Source of the DNA: Patescibacteria group bacterium
GTDB lineage: Bacteria; Patescibacteriota; Microgenomatia; Levybacterales; UBA12049
NCBI GenBank assembly: GCA_035946335.1
Contig: DASYZL010000019.1
Span: 12,414 to 76,413 of the forward strand
Reading direction: 5' to 3'
DNA length: 64,000 bases
A program made the position numbers and the translations under genes. This document shows positions 12,559 through 21,776 of the stretch, piece after piece. Position 1 is the first letter of the stretch; each line of letters starts with the position of its first letter. The notes under the pieces were generated by a model, which saw only the letters and a program-made list of their open reading frames with translations, was not told the origin of the DNA and did not search any database.

Positions 12559-13220
12559 AGGAAAATACCATCTTCCTTGGCTTCTTCTAATGCTTCCTGG
12601 AGTAATGCCTGGTGATAGGAGGCAGGAATACTCTTTTTCATTACTTCCCGATACGATTTTACCACCAGCTCATTTACCTCAGCTGCTGCTTTTGATACTT
12701 GATCCTTTTTGTATTGTTCAATCATAGTGCGCGCTTCGGCCAACTCCTCATCGATAAATTGTTGTAGTGAACTTTTATTATCTATGGTTTCTTTTTGTAA
12801 ATCAGCGAGAGCGGCTGCAAGCAATACCTGACTTTTTTCCTGTATGGACTGTAAGGTAACAGTGAGGTTTCTCTTGTATGCCTTCAGATATTCTGCTGAA
12901 ACAAGAGAAAGTGAGTCTATGTCTTTCTGTAATAATTCCTGAACTGCTTTATCGAGTGTATTATGCACATCTGTTTTTGTCTGACCTGTTGCTGCGAGCA
13001 TTTGAGCAGATAAATCAGCTGCTTTTTCCACTATATTTTCTGCCTGATTCTGCCCGCTTTGAAGAATAGATTGGTAGTTATTTAATGCATGTGCTTCTTT
13101 ATCCTGAAACGTTTTCTCTTTTTTTAATAAAACGTAGACAAATAAACCTAAAGAAACGAGAACAATTAATCCAAAAAAGAAAAAAATATCCGTAATAAGC
13201 GGTGAAGTAAAAATATTCAT
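12555..13220 (-). CDS. atpF: ATP synthase b subunit (one N-terminal TM plus a long helix).
   Basis: 221 aa. N-terminal TM: IFFFFGLIVLVSLGLFVYVLL. The remainder is predicted coiled-coil, in the usual position between c and delta. Confidence 0.7.
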   Translation of the reverse strand: MNIFTSPLITDIFFFFGLIVLVSLGLFVYVLLKKEKTFQDKEAHALNNYQSILQSGQNQAENIVEKAADLSAQMLAATGQTKTDVHNTLDKAVQELLQKDIDSLSLVSAEYLKAYKRNLTVTLQSIQEKSQVLLAAALADLQKETIDNKSSLQQFIDEELAEARTMIEQYKKDQVSKAAAEVNELVVKSYREVMKKSIPASYHQALLQEALEEAKEDGIFL

Positions 13221-13984
13221 ATCCGTAATATCAGGTATCCCATGAAGATACCTGTTAATAATATTATGATAACCATAATGACGTTTAGCAATATAGAAAG
13301 TTCAATCATTTGGCCAGCTAAAGGGTTTCTACCGATTGCTTCAATACCCCGATGGATAGTTTTTGAAAAAATAAGAAATCCAAGACCAAACGATGCTAAT
13401 ATAACAAGAAGAGCAACGAGTAGCTTCAGTGCGACAACGGGATCTTCATATGTTGCAATTTCGCTTAGATTAAGCACATCGAGAAACGGTATGACAACAG
13501 GACTGGCAAATTGTTGGAAATGAATATTTATGCTTACCGTAATCTGCCTGACCTCATTTTTAGATGCGAAGGAAACAGGGTTGACAGACGCTCCGATAAC
13601 ATATCCACTTGTCACTGCTTTCTGACCTACTCCAGGAATTGTTGACGTCGTAATGAAATCACCTTTTTTTAGGTTACCATTGATTCCCGATACGTTAACG
13701 ACAGCATCACCAATATTAATAACCGGATAAGTTTTTGTTGCTCCAGGAACTTCAATGGTAATTGCAGGATTGGCTATAATCACACCTGTTATTAGCTGAT
13801 CATAAGCTTTATTACTCAAGTGATATCCTTGGGGTGAAAAGGAAACTATATCTCCAACGGCGATATTTTTATCGGCTAAAGGGAAATAGTTTGCGATACC
13901 TATTGAAGAAGCAAGTATTTGAACTGGTAGAATAAAACTTAACAACAGAATAAATAAAAGACATAAACCAATACGTTTTCCCAT
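13217..13984 (-). CDS. atpE: ATP synthase c-subunit (C-terminal ~65 aa hairpin) fused to a ~190-aa N-terminal signal peptide plus extracytoplasmic domain.
   Basis: The C-terminal LIFSKTIHRGIEAIGRNPLAGQ...LLTGIFMGYLIL aligns with c-subunit TM1-loop-TM2 (PS3: LIVSRTIEGIARQPE...). The N-terminal part has a signal peptide (MGKRIGLCLLFILLLSFILPVQILA) and the GD.VS...IPGVG domain also found in the two giant proteins. Confidence 0.65.
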   Translation of the reverse strand: MGKRIGLCLLFILLLSFILPVQILASSIGIANYFPLADKNIAVGDIVSFSPQGYHLSNKAYDQLITGVIIANPAITIEVPGATKTYPVINIGDAVVNVSGINGNLKKGDFITTSTIPGVGQKAVTSGYVIGASVNPVSFASKNEVRQITVSINIHFQQFASPVVIPFLDVLNLSEIATYEDPVVALKLLVALLVILASFGLGFLIFSKTIHRGIEAIGRNPLAGQMIELSILLNVIMVIIILLTGIFMGYLILRI

Positions 13985-14299
13985 AGGCAGAAAGGAAAGA
14001 CAACAATAGTGTTCTTCCTTTTTCAGTTTGGGTTAATTTGACTGAAAAGTCAATGTTTTTCAGAGTGAGCAATCCGCATTATGTTGTAGCTACAATCACT
14101 TTTCTTCTTCCATCAGGAGAATCAATGCTCGCTAATCTTCTTCCATTTTTCACATTTACATTAAATGTCCAGTTAACAGTCTCTCCTGATTTTCCAGACA
14201 GATTTGACATCGTAATATCAACTTCACCTATTCCCTCCTGACCATAAACTACAGGAATAGCTCTCACTTTTTTTCTGTTCCCTGAAATGGATCACCGAC

Positions 14300-14581
14300 T
14301 TAATTCAGAAGTCCGGGAAGATCAGTCGTTGTAAAATCAAATGAATACAAACGCCAACCTGCTTGATAAGAACTGTCTGAAATAATTGCGCGTACGGCAA
14401 GACGAACTTTGTCAGTAACTTGTCCTTCTTCAGGCGATTGCCAATTCGCTGCACTAAGTGAGAAATTTTCCTGGCTCGAACGATATTGTAAAACGAGATT
14501 TATTCCTTCTACAAGTAAACCTCCTCCTATTACTGCTCCAACACACCTTGCTCTTTCTTTTAATATTTCCTTTTTTTGCAA
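14300..14581 (-). CDS. Hypothetical small protein upstream of the atp operon.
   Basis: 93-aa ORF only. There is no recognisable motif, and it is not an a-subunit (not polytopic). Confidence 0.3.
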   Translation of the reverse strand: MQKKEILKERARCVGAVIGGGLLVEGINLVLQYRSSQENFSLSAANWQSPEEGQVTDKVRLAVRAIISDSSYQAGWRLYSFDFTTTDLPGLLN

Positions 14582-14728
14582 CGCTTTGGCTGCGACAATT
14601 CAGTCATACAATAAAATCATATATCACAATAATATGTATGCATCAAGTCAAATTTCTATATTGAATTTGCAAGACATTTTTAAGAAAAATCCCTTGCAAT
14701 TCTGCTCTTTATTTGGGAGAATACCTGT

Positions 14729-15478
14729 ATGGAAGATAGCCTCACAAAAGATGAGAAGAAGAAACTCCGTCAGGAAGAATGGAAAGAAAAACTGCAAAAA
14801 GAAGAGCAAAAAAAGCGAATGACAAAGATGAGCTGGTGGATAGGTGGATTTATCCTTTTGGGGTTAAGTGTATGGTTCTTGTATGCAGTTGTTAATGGAT
14901 CGAATGGAAGTACTGGTTCGGCAACGGCAACTGCAACCGTTAGTGTTCCTGCTGTAGGTAATGATGACATGACCAGTGGACCAATAAACGCAAAAGTGGT
15001 TTTCATCGAATATGCCGACTTTCAATGCCCGGCATGCCTTGCAGCATATCCTCTTATCAAACAGCTGATGCAAAGTTATAATGGGAAAGTGCTTTTTGTT
15101 TACCGATTCTTTCCACTAGAAAACATCCACCAGAATGCACTCATTTCGGCACAGGCCGGATATGCTGCTTCCAAACAAGGGAAATTTTGGGAAATGCACG
15201 ACGTACTATTTGATCATCAGAATGATTGGGCAACAATGAGCAACCCCCAGGCTACATTTGTCAGTTATGCAAAAAATCTTGGGTTAAATACTGATCAATT
15301 TAGAAAAAATATGACAGATCCAAAAACCGCATTATATATCAAAACACAAGAGCAAAAAGCTTTGCAAATTGGATTAAATGCTACACCAATGTTTTTTATC
15401 AACGGGAAGCAGATTGAAGGAGCAGGAGTATACAGTGATTTTAAAAAATTGATTGATCAGGCATTGATGGGAAAATAG
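14729..15478 (+). CDS. DsbA-like thiol:disulfide oxidoreductase (membrane-anchored thioredoxin fold).
   Basis: 249 aa. It has a charged N-terminus, a TM segment (WWIGGFILLGLSVWFLYAVV), a CPAC active site in ..FIEYADFQCPACLAAYP.., and a DsbA-type fold signature. Confidence 0.8.
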   Translation: MEDSLTKDEKKKLRQEEWKEKLQKEEQKKRMTKMSWWIGGFILLGLSVWFLYAVVNGSNGSTGSATATATVSVPAVGNDDMTSGPINAKVVFIEYADFQCPACLAAYPLIKQLMQSYNGKVLFVYRFFPLENIHQNALISAQAGYAASKQGKFWEMHDVLFDHQNDWATMSNPQATFVSYAKNLGLNTDQFRKNMTDPKTALYIKTQEQKALQIGLNATPMFFINGKQIEGAGVYSDFKKLIDQALMGK

Positions 15479-15479
15479 T

Positions 15480-15977
15480 ATGGCAATAACGGGAAGTAAT
15501 TATTCTCTGCAAAAAGCGCTTAACAGATTTTCCTCTTTTTTATCTTCATCTGTTCTTTTTACATTCTCCTTGCTCCTTGCATTTGTGGGTTTTCTTGACG
15601 CAACATATTTAACCATTACGCACTACAAGCATATTATCCCCCCCTGTACAGTCAGTGGCGGTGGTTGCGAAACAGTTTTAACGAGCCAGTTTGCAACTAT
15701 CTTCGGAATTCCTATTGCAATATTTGGCGCACTCTATTATATAGCTCTTCTTATGTTTCTTCTGCTATATCAGCAGAAGAAACAGTCACAATTATTATTC
15801 CTTAGTTTACTTCTTGTTTCTGTTGGACTTTTTGTCTCAATTGTCTTAATTATTATTCAGGGATTTGTATTGCATGCATTTTGTCAATATTGTTTAGTAT
15901 CAGAAGTAGTCACATTTATCCTTTTTGATACTGTTTGGTGGTTACGGAGAAAAAGTATCGTACACAAGCAAGCTTAG
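15480..15977 (+). CDS. Vitamin K epoxide reductase (VKOR) family protein, the DsbB-functional analogue.
   Basis: 165 aa, polytopic. Conserved Cys pairs are present (..PPCTVSGGGCETV.. and C-terminal CQYC). It sits immediately downstream of dsbA in the same orientation with a 1-nt gap. Confidence 0.75.
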   Translation: MAITGSNYSLQKALNRFSSFLSSSVLFTFSLLLAFVGFLDATYLTITHYKHIIPPCTVSGGGCETVLTSQFATIFGIPIAIFGALYYIALLMFLLLYQQKKQSQLLFLSLLLVSVGLFVSIVLIIIQGFVLHAFCQYCLVSEVVTFILFDTVWWLRRKSIVHKQA

Positions 15978-16438
15978 ACAAGTTCTTCTTCAGTGTAAAT
16001 TTGGGGAAGGTCTAGTTTCTCCCAGGAGAAAATTTCTCTATCAGAAAAAATAAGATTTGTTTCTTTTTCTGCAGCTTCTTTCGTTTCTGAAGCGTGAATT
16101 AAATTATATTGCTGACTCATAGCAAAATCACCACGAATTGTTCCAGGATTAGCCTTTCGCGCGAGCGTAAGCCCGATCATTGAGCGCACCGTTTCCGCTG
16201 CGTCATTCCCTTCCCAAAGCATGGCAACAACTGGATAAGATTTCATGTATGCTTTGAGGCCTGGAAAAAATGGCTTATCTTTGTGGTGCGCGTACCAAAT
16301 ATCTAATGTTGCATCATTCAGTGACACCATTTTAAGCCCAACAAGATGCAGACCTTTTTGCTCAAACCGCTCAATAATTTTACCAATAAGACTTCTCTGT
16401 ACACCATCAGGTTTTACTAATACAACTGTTTTTTCCAT
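15974..16438 (-). CDS. ndk: Nucleoside diphosphate kinase.
   Basis: 154 aa with ..TVVLVKPDGVQR.. and NLIHASETKEAAEKE (the NxxHGSD active-site His region). Confidence 0.9.
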   Translation of the reverse strand: MEKTVVLVKPDGVQRSLIGKIIERFEQKGLHLVGLKMVSLNDATLDIWYAHHKDKPFFPGLKAYMKSYPVVAMLWEGNDAAETVRSMIGLTLARKANPGTIRGDFAMSQQYNLIHASETKEAAEKETNLIFSDREIFSWEKLDLPQIYTEEELV

Positions 16439-16484
16439 ATTCTTATTTTACCAAGGACACCTAAGATTGTCCATAAGATTTTAT

Positions 16485-17750
16485 TTATTGGAGTAACTTT
16501 TTAAGTCGCTGCGCATCCGGAATGTTACCAATGAGTGCAAGATTTAACGGTCTTTCTAAATATTCTCTTGCTACTGCCTTGACTTCTTCTGCAGTAACTT
16601 TGTCAATATGACGAAGTACTTCTTCAGGTGTTTCCACTTTGCTTTCCAGAATTTCCTGGTGAGCGTAAAAAGACGCGACTGAACGGCTATCTTCGAGTTC
16701 CAGTACCAAATGTCCTTTAATCATTTCTTTTGCGCGCTCAATTTCTTCTTTTGTTATATTCTCTTTTTTCATCATCCTACGTGTTTCAGCAATGATTACC
16801 TTTACTGCCTCTTCAACCCGTCCAAGATCAACGCCTGCACTTGTCACCAGTGTCCCACAGTCAACATAATTATCAGAAGATGTACGTACGTAATAGGCAA
16901 GTCCGCGCTTTTCTCTAACTTCATAAAAAAGCCTGCTGCTTGTTCCCCCGCCCATTATCGCTGCCAATATATCCAATGCATAACGATCTTTGTGTTCAAT
17001 GGGAACTGTACGAAGTCCCAATGCAATGTGCGCTTGCTCTATTTTTTTCTTTTTGAAAAGCATTTCGGGCTTTGTTTGGTTTTCAGTAACGCGTAGAGCC
17101 TTGAGCGTCGGAAACGATTTCATTTTACCAAAATGTTTTTCAATGAGATTTTGCACGTTTTTTTCATGTATTCCTCCTGTTACCACAATGGTAATATTAT
17201 TTGCGCTGTAGAAACTTTGCATGTACCTGATGAAATCTTCACGCTTGACGTTTCGGATTACTTCTTTTGTACCAGAGATATCCCAACCCATTGGGGTATC
17301 TCCGTACAAAAGCGTATCGTACATATCGCCGATTTTTCGCATAGGATTATCTTCATACATATTCATTTCTTCAATGATAACCCCTTTTTCTTTTTCTATT
17401 TCTTCTCTGTCCAAGAGCGGATGTTGCAATAAGTCAGCGAGCAGTTCTGTTGTAACATGCAAATGTGTTGAGGCAGATTTGATATAGTATCCTATTACTT
17501 CCTTACCGGTAAATGCGTTCCATTCCCCGCCTATCCCGTCGAGAATTTTTGCAATAATCATCGGACTGGGCTTACTTATTGTTCCTTTGTAGGGCATGTG
17601 TTCGAGAAAGTGAGAAATACCATTGTTCCTCTTATTCTCATATCTACTACCTACCCCAACCATAACTAAAACCGTTGCGCTCTCTAACGAGTCCATTGGA
17701 ACAGTAATAAGACGAAGACCATTTGAAAGAAGTGTTTTATTGAATTGCAT
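16485..17750 (-). CDS. M16-family (pitrilysin/insulinase-like) zinc peptidase.
   Basis: 421 aa. It carries the inverted zinc-binding motif HFLEH (GISHFLEHMPYKGT) near the N-terminus and has the M16 two-domain length. Confidence 0.8.
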   Translation of the reverse strand: MQFNKTLLSNGLRLITVPMDSLESATVLVMVGVGSRYENKRNNGISHFLEHMPYKGTISKPSPMIIAKILDGIGGEWNAFTGKEVIGYYIKSASTHLHVTTELLADLLQHPLLDREEIEKEKGVIIEEMNMYEDNPMRKIGDMYDTLLYGDTPMGWDISGTKEVIRNVKREDFIRYMQSFYSANNITIVVTGGIHEKNVQNLIEKHFGKMKSFPTLKALRVTENQTKPEMLFKKKKIEQAHIALGLRTVPIEHKDRYALDILAAIMGGGTSSRLFYEVREKRGLAYYVRTSSDNYVDCGTLVTSAGVDLGRVEEAVKVIIAETRRMMKKENITKEEIERAKEMIKGHLVLELEDSRSVASFYAHQEILESKVETPEEVLRHIDKVTAEEVKAVAREYLERPLNLALIGNIPDAQRLKKLLQ

Positions 17751-17788
17751 ATGGAGAATATTTCTATCTCAAACTGCTAATTATTCTA

Positions 17789-19642
17789 TCACATGTGAGC
17801 AGGTGTAGCAATGCCCAAAAGCCCTAATCCCTGGTGCAAAATCACTCCGATTGCTTGCGTCAAAAGTAAGCGAAACTCTTTTTCAATTTGCCTTGTTGCG
17901 TTGAGAATACGATATTTTTGATAAAACAAATTATATTGCTGAGAAAGAGAAAATAGATACTCACAAACGATGTTCGGACCATAGGTTATTGCCGCCTGCT
18001 GAACTATTGACGGGAATTGGTAAAGCTTGCGCAGGAGCTGCATTTCATCCACATTGAGTTCAATATCCTGAAATACCGAGTTAACAGAAAACTCTTTATT
18101 TACTCCAGTAGTATGGCTTTTTGCCAAAATACTCTGAGTCCTTACGTATGAATATTGTATATATGGTCCTGAATTACCCTGAAGCGAAATAGATTCATTG
18201 ATATCAAATGATATTCTCGCTTTTGGATTGTGTTTCAAAAGTGCCCACTTAATGCTTCCAATAGCAATTTGCTCAGCAATTTCATCAGAAACATCTGCAA
18301 AAAGCTTTTTTATTTGTCCTTTAACAAAATCCATCAAATCATCAGCTGTAATAACATTGCCCTCACGAGAAGACATTTTTTGACCCCCTTTTAAGTCTAA
18401 AAATCCGTAGGCCAAATGTAAAAGATGTTTTTTGGGCGCAATTTTTAGCGCATCAACAATTGCAAAAACTTGCTTCCAGTATAGATCCTGTTCATCAGCA
18501 ACGACATGGGCAATCAAGTCTGCTTTATCGATTTGACTCATTTGACGGGCTTCTTCTAAATCAAACGTGATGTACAACGAACTTCCATCACTGCGAATTG
18601 TCACTTTGTCAGGTAAATTGTATTTTTTCAGATCCGCCATGATAACACCATCCTCCCTTTTATAGAACAATCCTTTGCCGATATTGTCCAGAATTATTTG
18701 CTTACCTGCTTCGTACAGCTCACTTTCGTAATATTCTTTATCAAATTGTTTGTCTTTTGGGCTAATGCCAAGAAATCGTGCGTGTGTTTGACGAAACCCA
18801 TCATAGAAAAAATCATTCATCACACGCCATAAAAGTCTTACTTGTTTATTCCCTGCTTCCCATGCCAACAGCATTGCTTTCATTTGGTTTGTCGCCGTTT
18901 GAGCAAATACTTTCTCCGCTTTGTCACCTAGAATATAATAAAAACCCAAAAAATGGTCAGACTTTTGCTTTGTGTTTTGGGGAGTTCGCCAATTTTCATG
19001 CCACAACGCATTATTATAATCCTGGATCCAAGCATTAAGGAGATCCTCCCAGCTCTCTGGCTCTGTAACCTGATACGCCAATAATGTTTTTTTATCTTCA
19101 AACACAATTTTCCCATATTGGAGGTATCCCCACATAGCCTTAATAATTGCTATTCCTCTATCGTTATTAATGTTCACTGACCAAACTTTATTGCCCAACG
19201 ATTTTCTCAGAGTGACAACAGATTCGCCATATGCAGTATTCCTCAAATGGCCAATGTGAAGGGGTTTATTGGTATTTGGTCCTACGTTTTCATATTCTTC
19301 AAACTGCGGTACTTTTACTTTTTCCATAGCAACTATTTTTTCCGGACTTTCTGTTATGTTTTGAGCTCGTTTTATAAGCATTTCTTTTGCCAAGTAAAAG
19401 TTTATAAAACCCGGGGTAACTATTTCAGTTTTTTCTACTCCTTTTATATCACCTATCTGTTTACTAATTTCCTGTGCAATTTCCAAAGGATTTCTACCTA
19501 TTTTTTTAGCAAACTGTAGCGCAACATTTGTTGTATAGTCTCCATGATTATTGTCTTTTGGGACAGCTATATCTACTACAACTTCTTCATTTGTTAAATT
19601 ATTAACGATATTTCGGATTTTTTCTAAAATGGTTTTTTTCAT
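17789..19642 (-). CDS. argS: Arginyl-tRNA synthetase.
   Basis: It has PNTNKPLHIGHLRNTAYGESV (HIGH motif), KMSSREGNV (a KMSKS variant), a DALR-type C-terminus and ends with ...M. The ORF track starts at 19663 (MCYNIYIMKKT); the start at the second Met (19642) is preferred. Confidence 0.85.
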   Translation of the reverse strand: MKKTILEKIRNIVNNLTNEEVVVDIAVPKDNNHGDYTTNVALQFAKKIGRNPLEIAQEISKQIGDIKGVEKTEIVTPGFINFYLAKEMLIKRAQNITESPEKIVAMEKVKVPQFEEYENVGPNTNKPLHIGHLRNTAYGESVVTLRKSLGNKVWSVNINNDRGIAIIKAMWGYLQYGKIVFEDKKTLLAYQVTEPESWEDLLNAWIQDYNNALWHENWRTPQNTKQKSDHFLGFYYILGDKAEKVFAQTATNQMKAMLLAWEAGNKQVRLLWRVMNDFFYDGFRQTHARFLGISPKDKQFDKEYYESELYEAGKQIILDNIGKGLFYKREDGVIMADLKKYNLPDKVTIRSDGSSLYITFDLEEARQMSQIDKADLIAHVVADEQDLYWKQVFAIVDALKIAPKKHLLHLAYGFLDLKGGQKMSSREGNVITADDLMDFVKGQIKKLFADVSDEIAEQIAIGSIKWALLKHNPKARISFDINESISLQGNSGPYIQYSYVRTQSILAKSHTTGVNKEFSVNSVFQDIELNVDEMQLLRKLYQFPSIVQQAAITYGPNIVCEYLFSLSQQYNLFYQKYRILNATRQIEKEFRLLLTQAIGVILHQGLGLLGIATPAHM

Positions 19643-19666
19643 AATATAAATATTGTAGCACATGGG

Positions 19667-20548
19667 CTATAAAGATAAGTAATGTGCATACGGATAAAAA
19701 CTTGGCCATAAATGAGATAATAAGAGCTTTCTGTATATGTTCTTTTCTATCTTCTTAAAAACTTTTCTATTTAGTTCAATAATCTCTAGAGAGAACTCTG
19801 TTATCGTTGCTGCAGGAATATTTATCCGTATGCATGGATTAATAAATGGCAACATATACGGCGCACGAACAGATTGATTTCCCAGCTTCACTGCTAATCC
19901 TCCTTCATATGAACCAATTAAAAAATCGCGTGGATCGGCAATATTGATTACAGAATGTGTTTGAAACCTATGTATTGATTGTATTGGAATGGCAAGATTT
20001 TCCGGTTCTCCAACTTGGATACCTGCAATAATTTCTGTAATGACACATTTATTTTTTAGCAATTTTTCACAAATGAATTTCACAGTCGACCCAGTGAAAA
20101 TGTCGTCGTCAATTAGCACCAATGGTTTTATATTGCTTAACTGTAACATTTTTATTTGTTGGTCTAGAGATATATATCCTGGTCTTGCTGCTATGGCTAA
20201 CTGTACCTCACCCTTAGTAGTAAAAATTCTCGATACGCCTAGTTTTATTGCGTCAATTTGCGAATAGGCATCAAGAGTAATTGCCCTTTTGCCTCTAAGC
20301 AAATCTGCTTTTTTCTTTTCTTCTTTGTACAAATCTGTGACGAGAACAGTTGCACTGGGAAAATCTTTTCTTAAGTATTTGATGAGAATTACAATAAGAC
20401 CAGTCAGAAAGAAATTCGAAATATTTTGATAAAAAACATCATACGTTTTATCCATCGTTTCTGTTTTTCTCCGAATGTCCTGAAAAATCAGTTGACCTTC
20501 GTTGCGAAGAAGAAATAGATATGGTTTTTGTATTTTCTGTTTTGCCAT
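19667..20548 (-). CDS. Phosphoribosyltransferase-domain protein (type I PRTase fold, specificity unknown).
   Basis: 293 aa. It has the PRPP-binding motif VLIDDDIFTGSTV, preceded by a hydrophobic segment. Confidence 0.6.
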   Translation of the reverse strand: MAKQKIQKPYLFLLRNEGQLIFQDIRRKTETMDKTYDVFYQNISNFFLTGLIVILIKYLRKDFPSATVLVTDLYKEEKKKADLLRGKRAITLDAYSQIDAIKLGVSRIFTTKGEVQLAIAARPGYISLDQQIKMLQLSNIKPLVLIDDDIFTGSTVKFICEKLLKNKCVITEIIAGIQVGEPENLAIPIQSIHRFQTHSVINIADPRDFLIGSYEGGLAVKLGNQSVRAPYMLPFINPCIRINIPAATITEFSLEIIELNRKVFKKIEKNIYRKLLLSHLWPSFYPYAHYLSL

Positions 20549-20550
20549 AA

Positions 20551-20612
20551 AAAAATCCGCCTCTTCATAGCCCTCCTTACTGAGGGCATGAAGCGACGGA
20601 CTTCCGTGGTAC
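20551..20612 (-). terminator. Strong rho-independent terminator on the minus strand.
   Basis: The minus strand reads TCCGTCGCTTCATGCCCTC-AGTAAGG-AGGGCTATGAAGAGGCGGA followed by TTTTTTT. This is a ~19-bp GC-rich stem and a 7-U tail, ending 3 nt upstream of the PRTase start codon. Confidence 0.7.
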
Positions 20613-21365
20613 CACGCTTCTTTCTAGCTTAAAATCTCTGTTTTTTGCCTTCACAGAAAGTAAGGCAACTCGTTTATGTTACCTACTTTCCTTGCGGATT
20701 TTTTCTGTAACTTGCTCCGGAGCTCGAGGGAGATCATTGCTGAATCCTTTCTCCATCAACGCGAACTAATTGTGAGAGTAATTTACTACAAGCTTTTTGA
20801 TTTGTCAAGTGGCTGGTTTCTTCGTAGGTCAAGTAGTTATTCCATGTAGACAGCTAAACCCTATCACTCGCCTTCGGCATGAATCGATGACATTTATAAG
20901 GAATATCAAAAATCTTATAGTATATAACCGTGATATTACCTTAATCTTGGTAAAAATCTGGAAGCTTTTCGTTGATATAGCGACTTAATGCTTAATAGTA
21001 AAAATGGCAGAAAAAATTTATGATTGCTAATAAATATTGCTAGGAGCAGTAAATTTTGCGCTTCAAAAACAGCCTTGATATTACTAGAAAACACAGTCAA
21101 ATTGACCTTTTTATTACGTATCACTTATCTTTTCACTGTGCTAAATATATACCTGCTGCCAACTGCTGTACAAAGCATTTCATAGAAAGGACTTGTGTCA
21201 ATTTTGTTTTGAACCTATACAGTCAAAAAAAGAATTATCTTGAGTGGTAAGACAAAATCATCTTTATTAATGATTATCCTTGTGAAAAGCAAAAATCTAT
21301 TGTTTGAGATACATTTTGATATTAAAAAATAGGAGAAAACTCGTGAATAATTAGTTAAAAATAAC

Positions 21366-21386
21366 TGTGAAAATTTTATTTTCACA
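21366..21386. promoter_or_regulatory. Perfect 9-3-9 palindrome TGTGAAAAT-TTT-ATTTTCACA in a long non-coding gap (candidate operator).
   Basis: Read directly from the sequence. It lies in the AT-rich 1.2-kb gap between the PRTase gene and leuS. Confidence 0.35.
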
Positions 21387-21776
21387 AAGCTGAGTCAGCT
21401 AAAAATTAGCAATTCATAAAAGGTTTTAAGCAAGCTTTCTCACCCATGAGAACATTACATGTATCTTTTCCCAACAAAAAAGAATCCAGATTTTTCCTTA
21501 GTTCTATTTGCATTAGCACTCAAAAATACCAAGCGTTAATTTGCTCCATATTCTTTCTGTGCTTTACCAATCTTTTCAACCCTTTTCTTTAATTTCAATA
21601 GAACCACAGAACATTAAGTGATGTTTTCTCTTGTCTGATCGGTGAAAATTTGTCTTGTGAAATTTTATTTGTGGTGCCTAAACGAAACTAGTATATAAGA
21701 TATCAGCAAGGATATCTTTAACGCCAGGAGAAACTACCTGGAGAATAAACTTTTTGAAATCTTAAGATCAAAGCAT

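Noticed and set aside
14409-14822. 137-aa plus-strand ORF overlapping the dsbA start region, and the 14458..14664 ORF.
   Set aside because: They are out of frame with and overlapping the well-supported dsbA-like gene. They are low-complexity (K-rich tail from the dsbA N-terminal charged region read in another frame).
20595-20615. Possible RNase P RNA P4-like motif GGAAGUCCG on the minus strand of the 20.6-kb gap.
   Set aside because: Only ~9 nt resemble the P4 5' strand. It sits at the 3' end of the putative transcript, inside the terminator stem, rather than ~60 nt from a 5' end. No P4 3' strand (ACAGAAnCCGGCUUA-like) was found.
21056-21250. 64-aa Cys-containing ORF (..HCAKYIPAANCCTKHFIERTC..) in the non-coding gap as a small zinc-binding protein.
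   Set aside because: It has no start context, the Cys spacing is not a recognisable zinc-ribbon, and it is embedded in AT-rich sequence with stop codons in all neighbouring frames. It is treated as non-coding.
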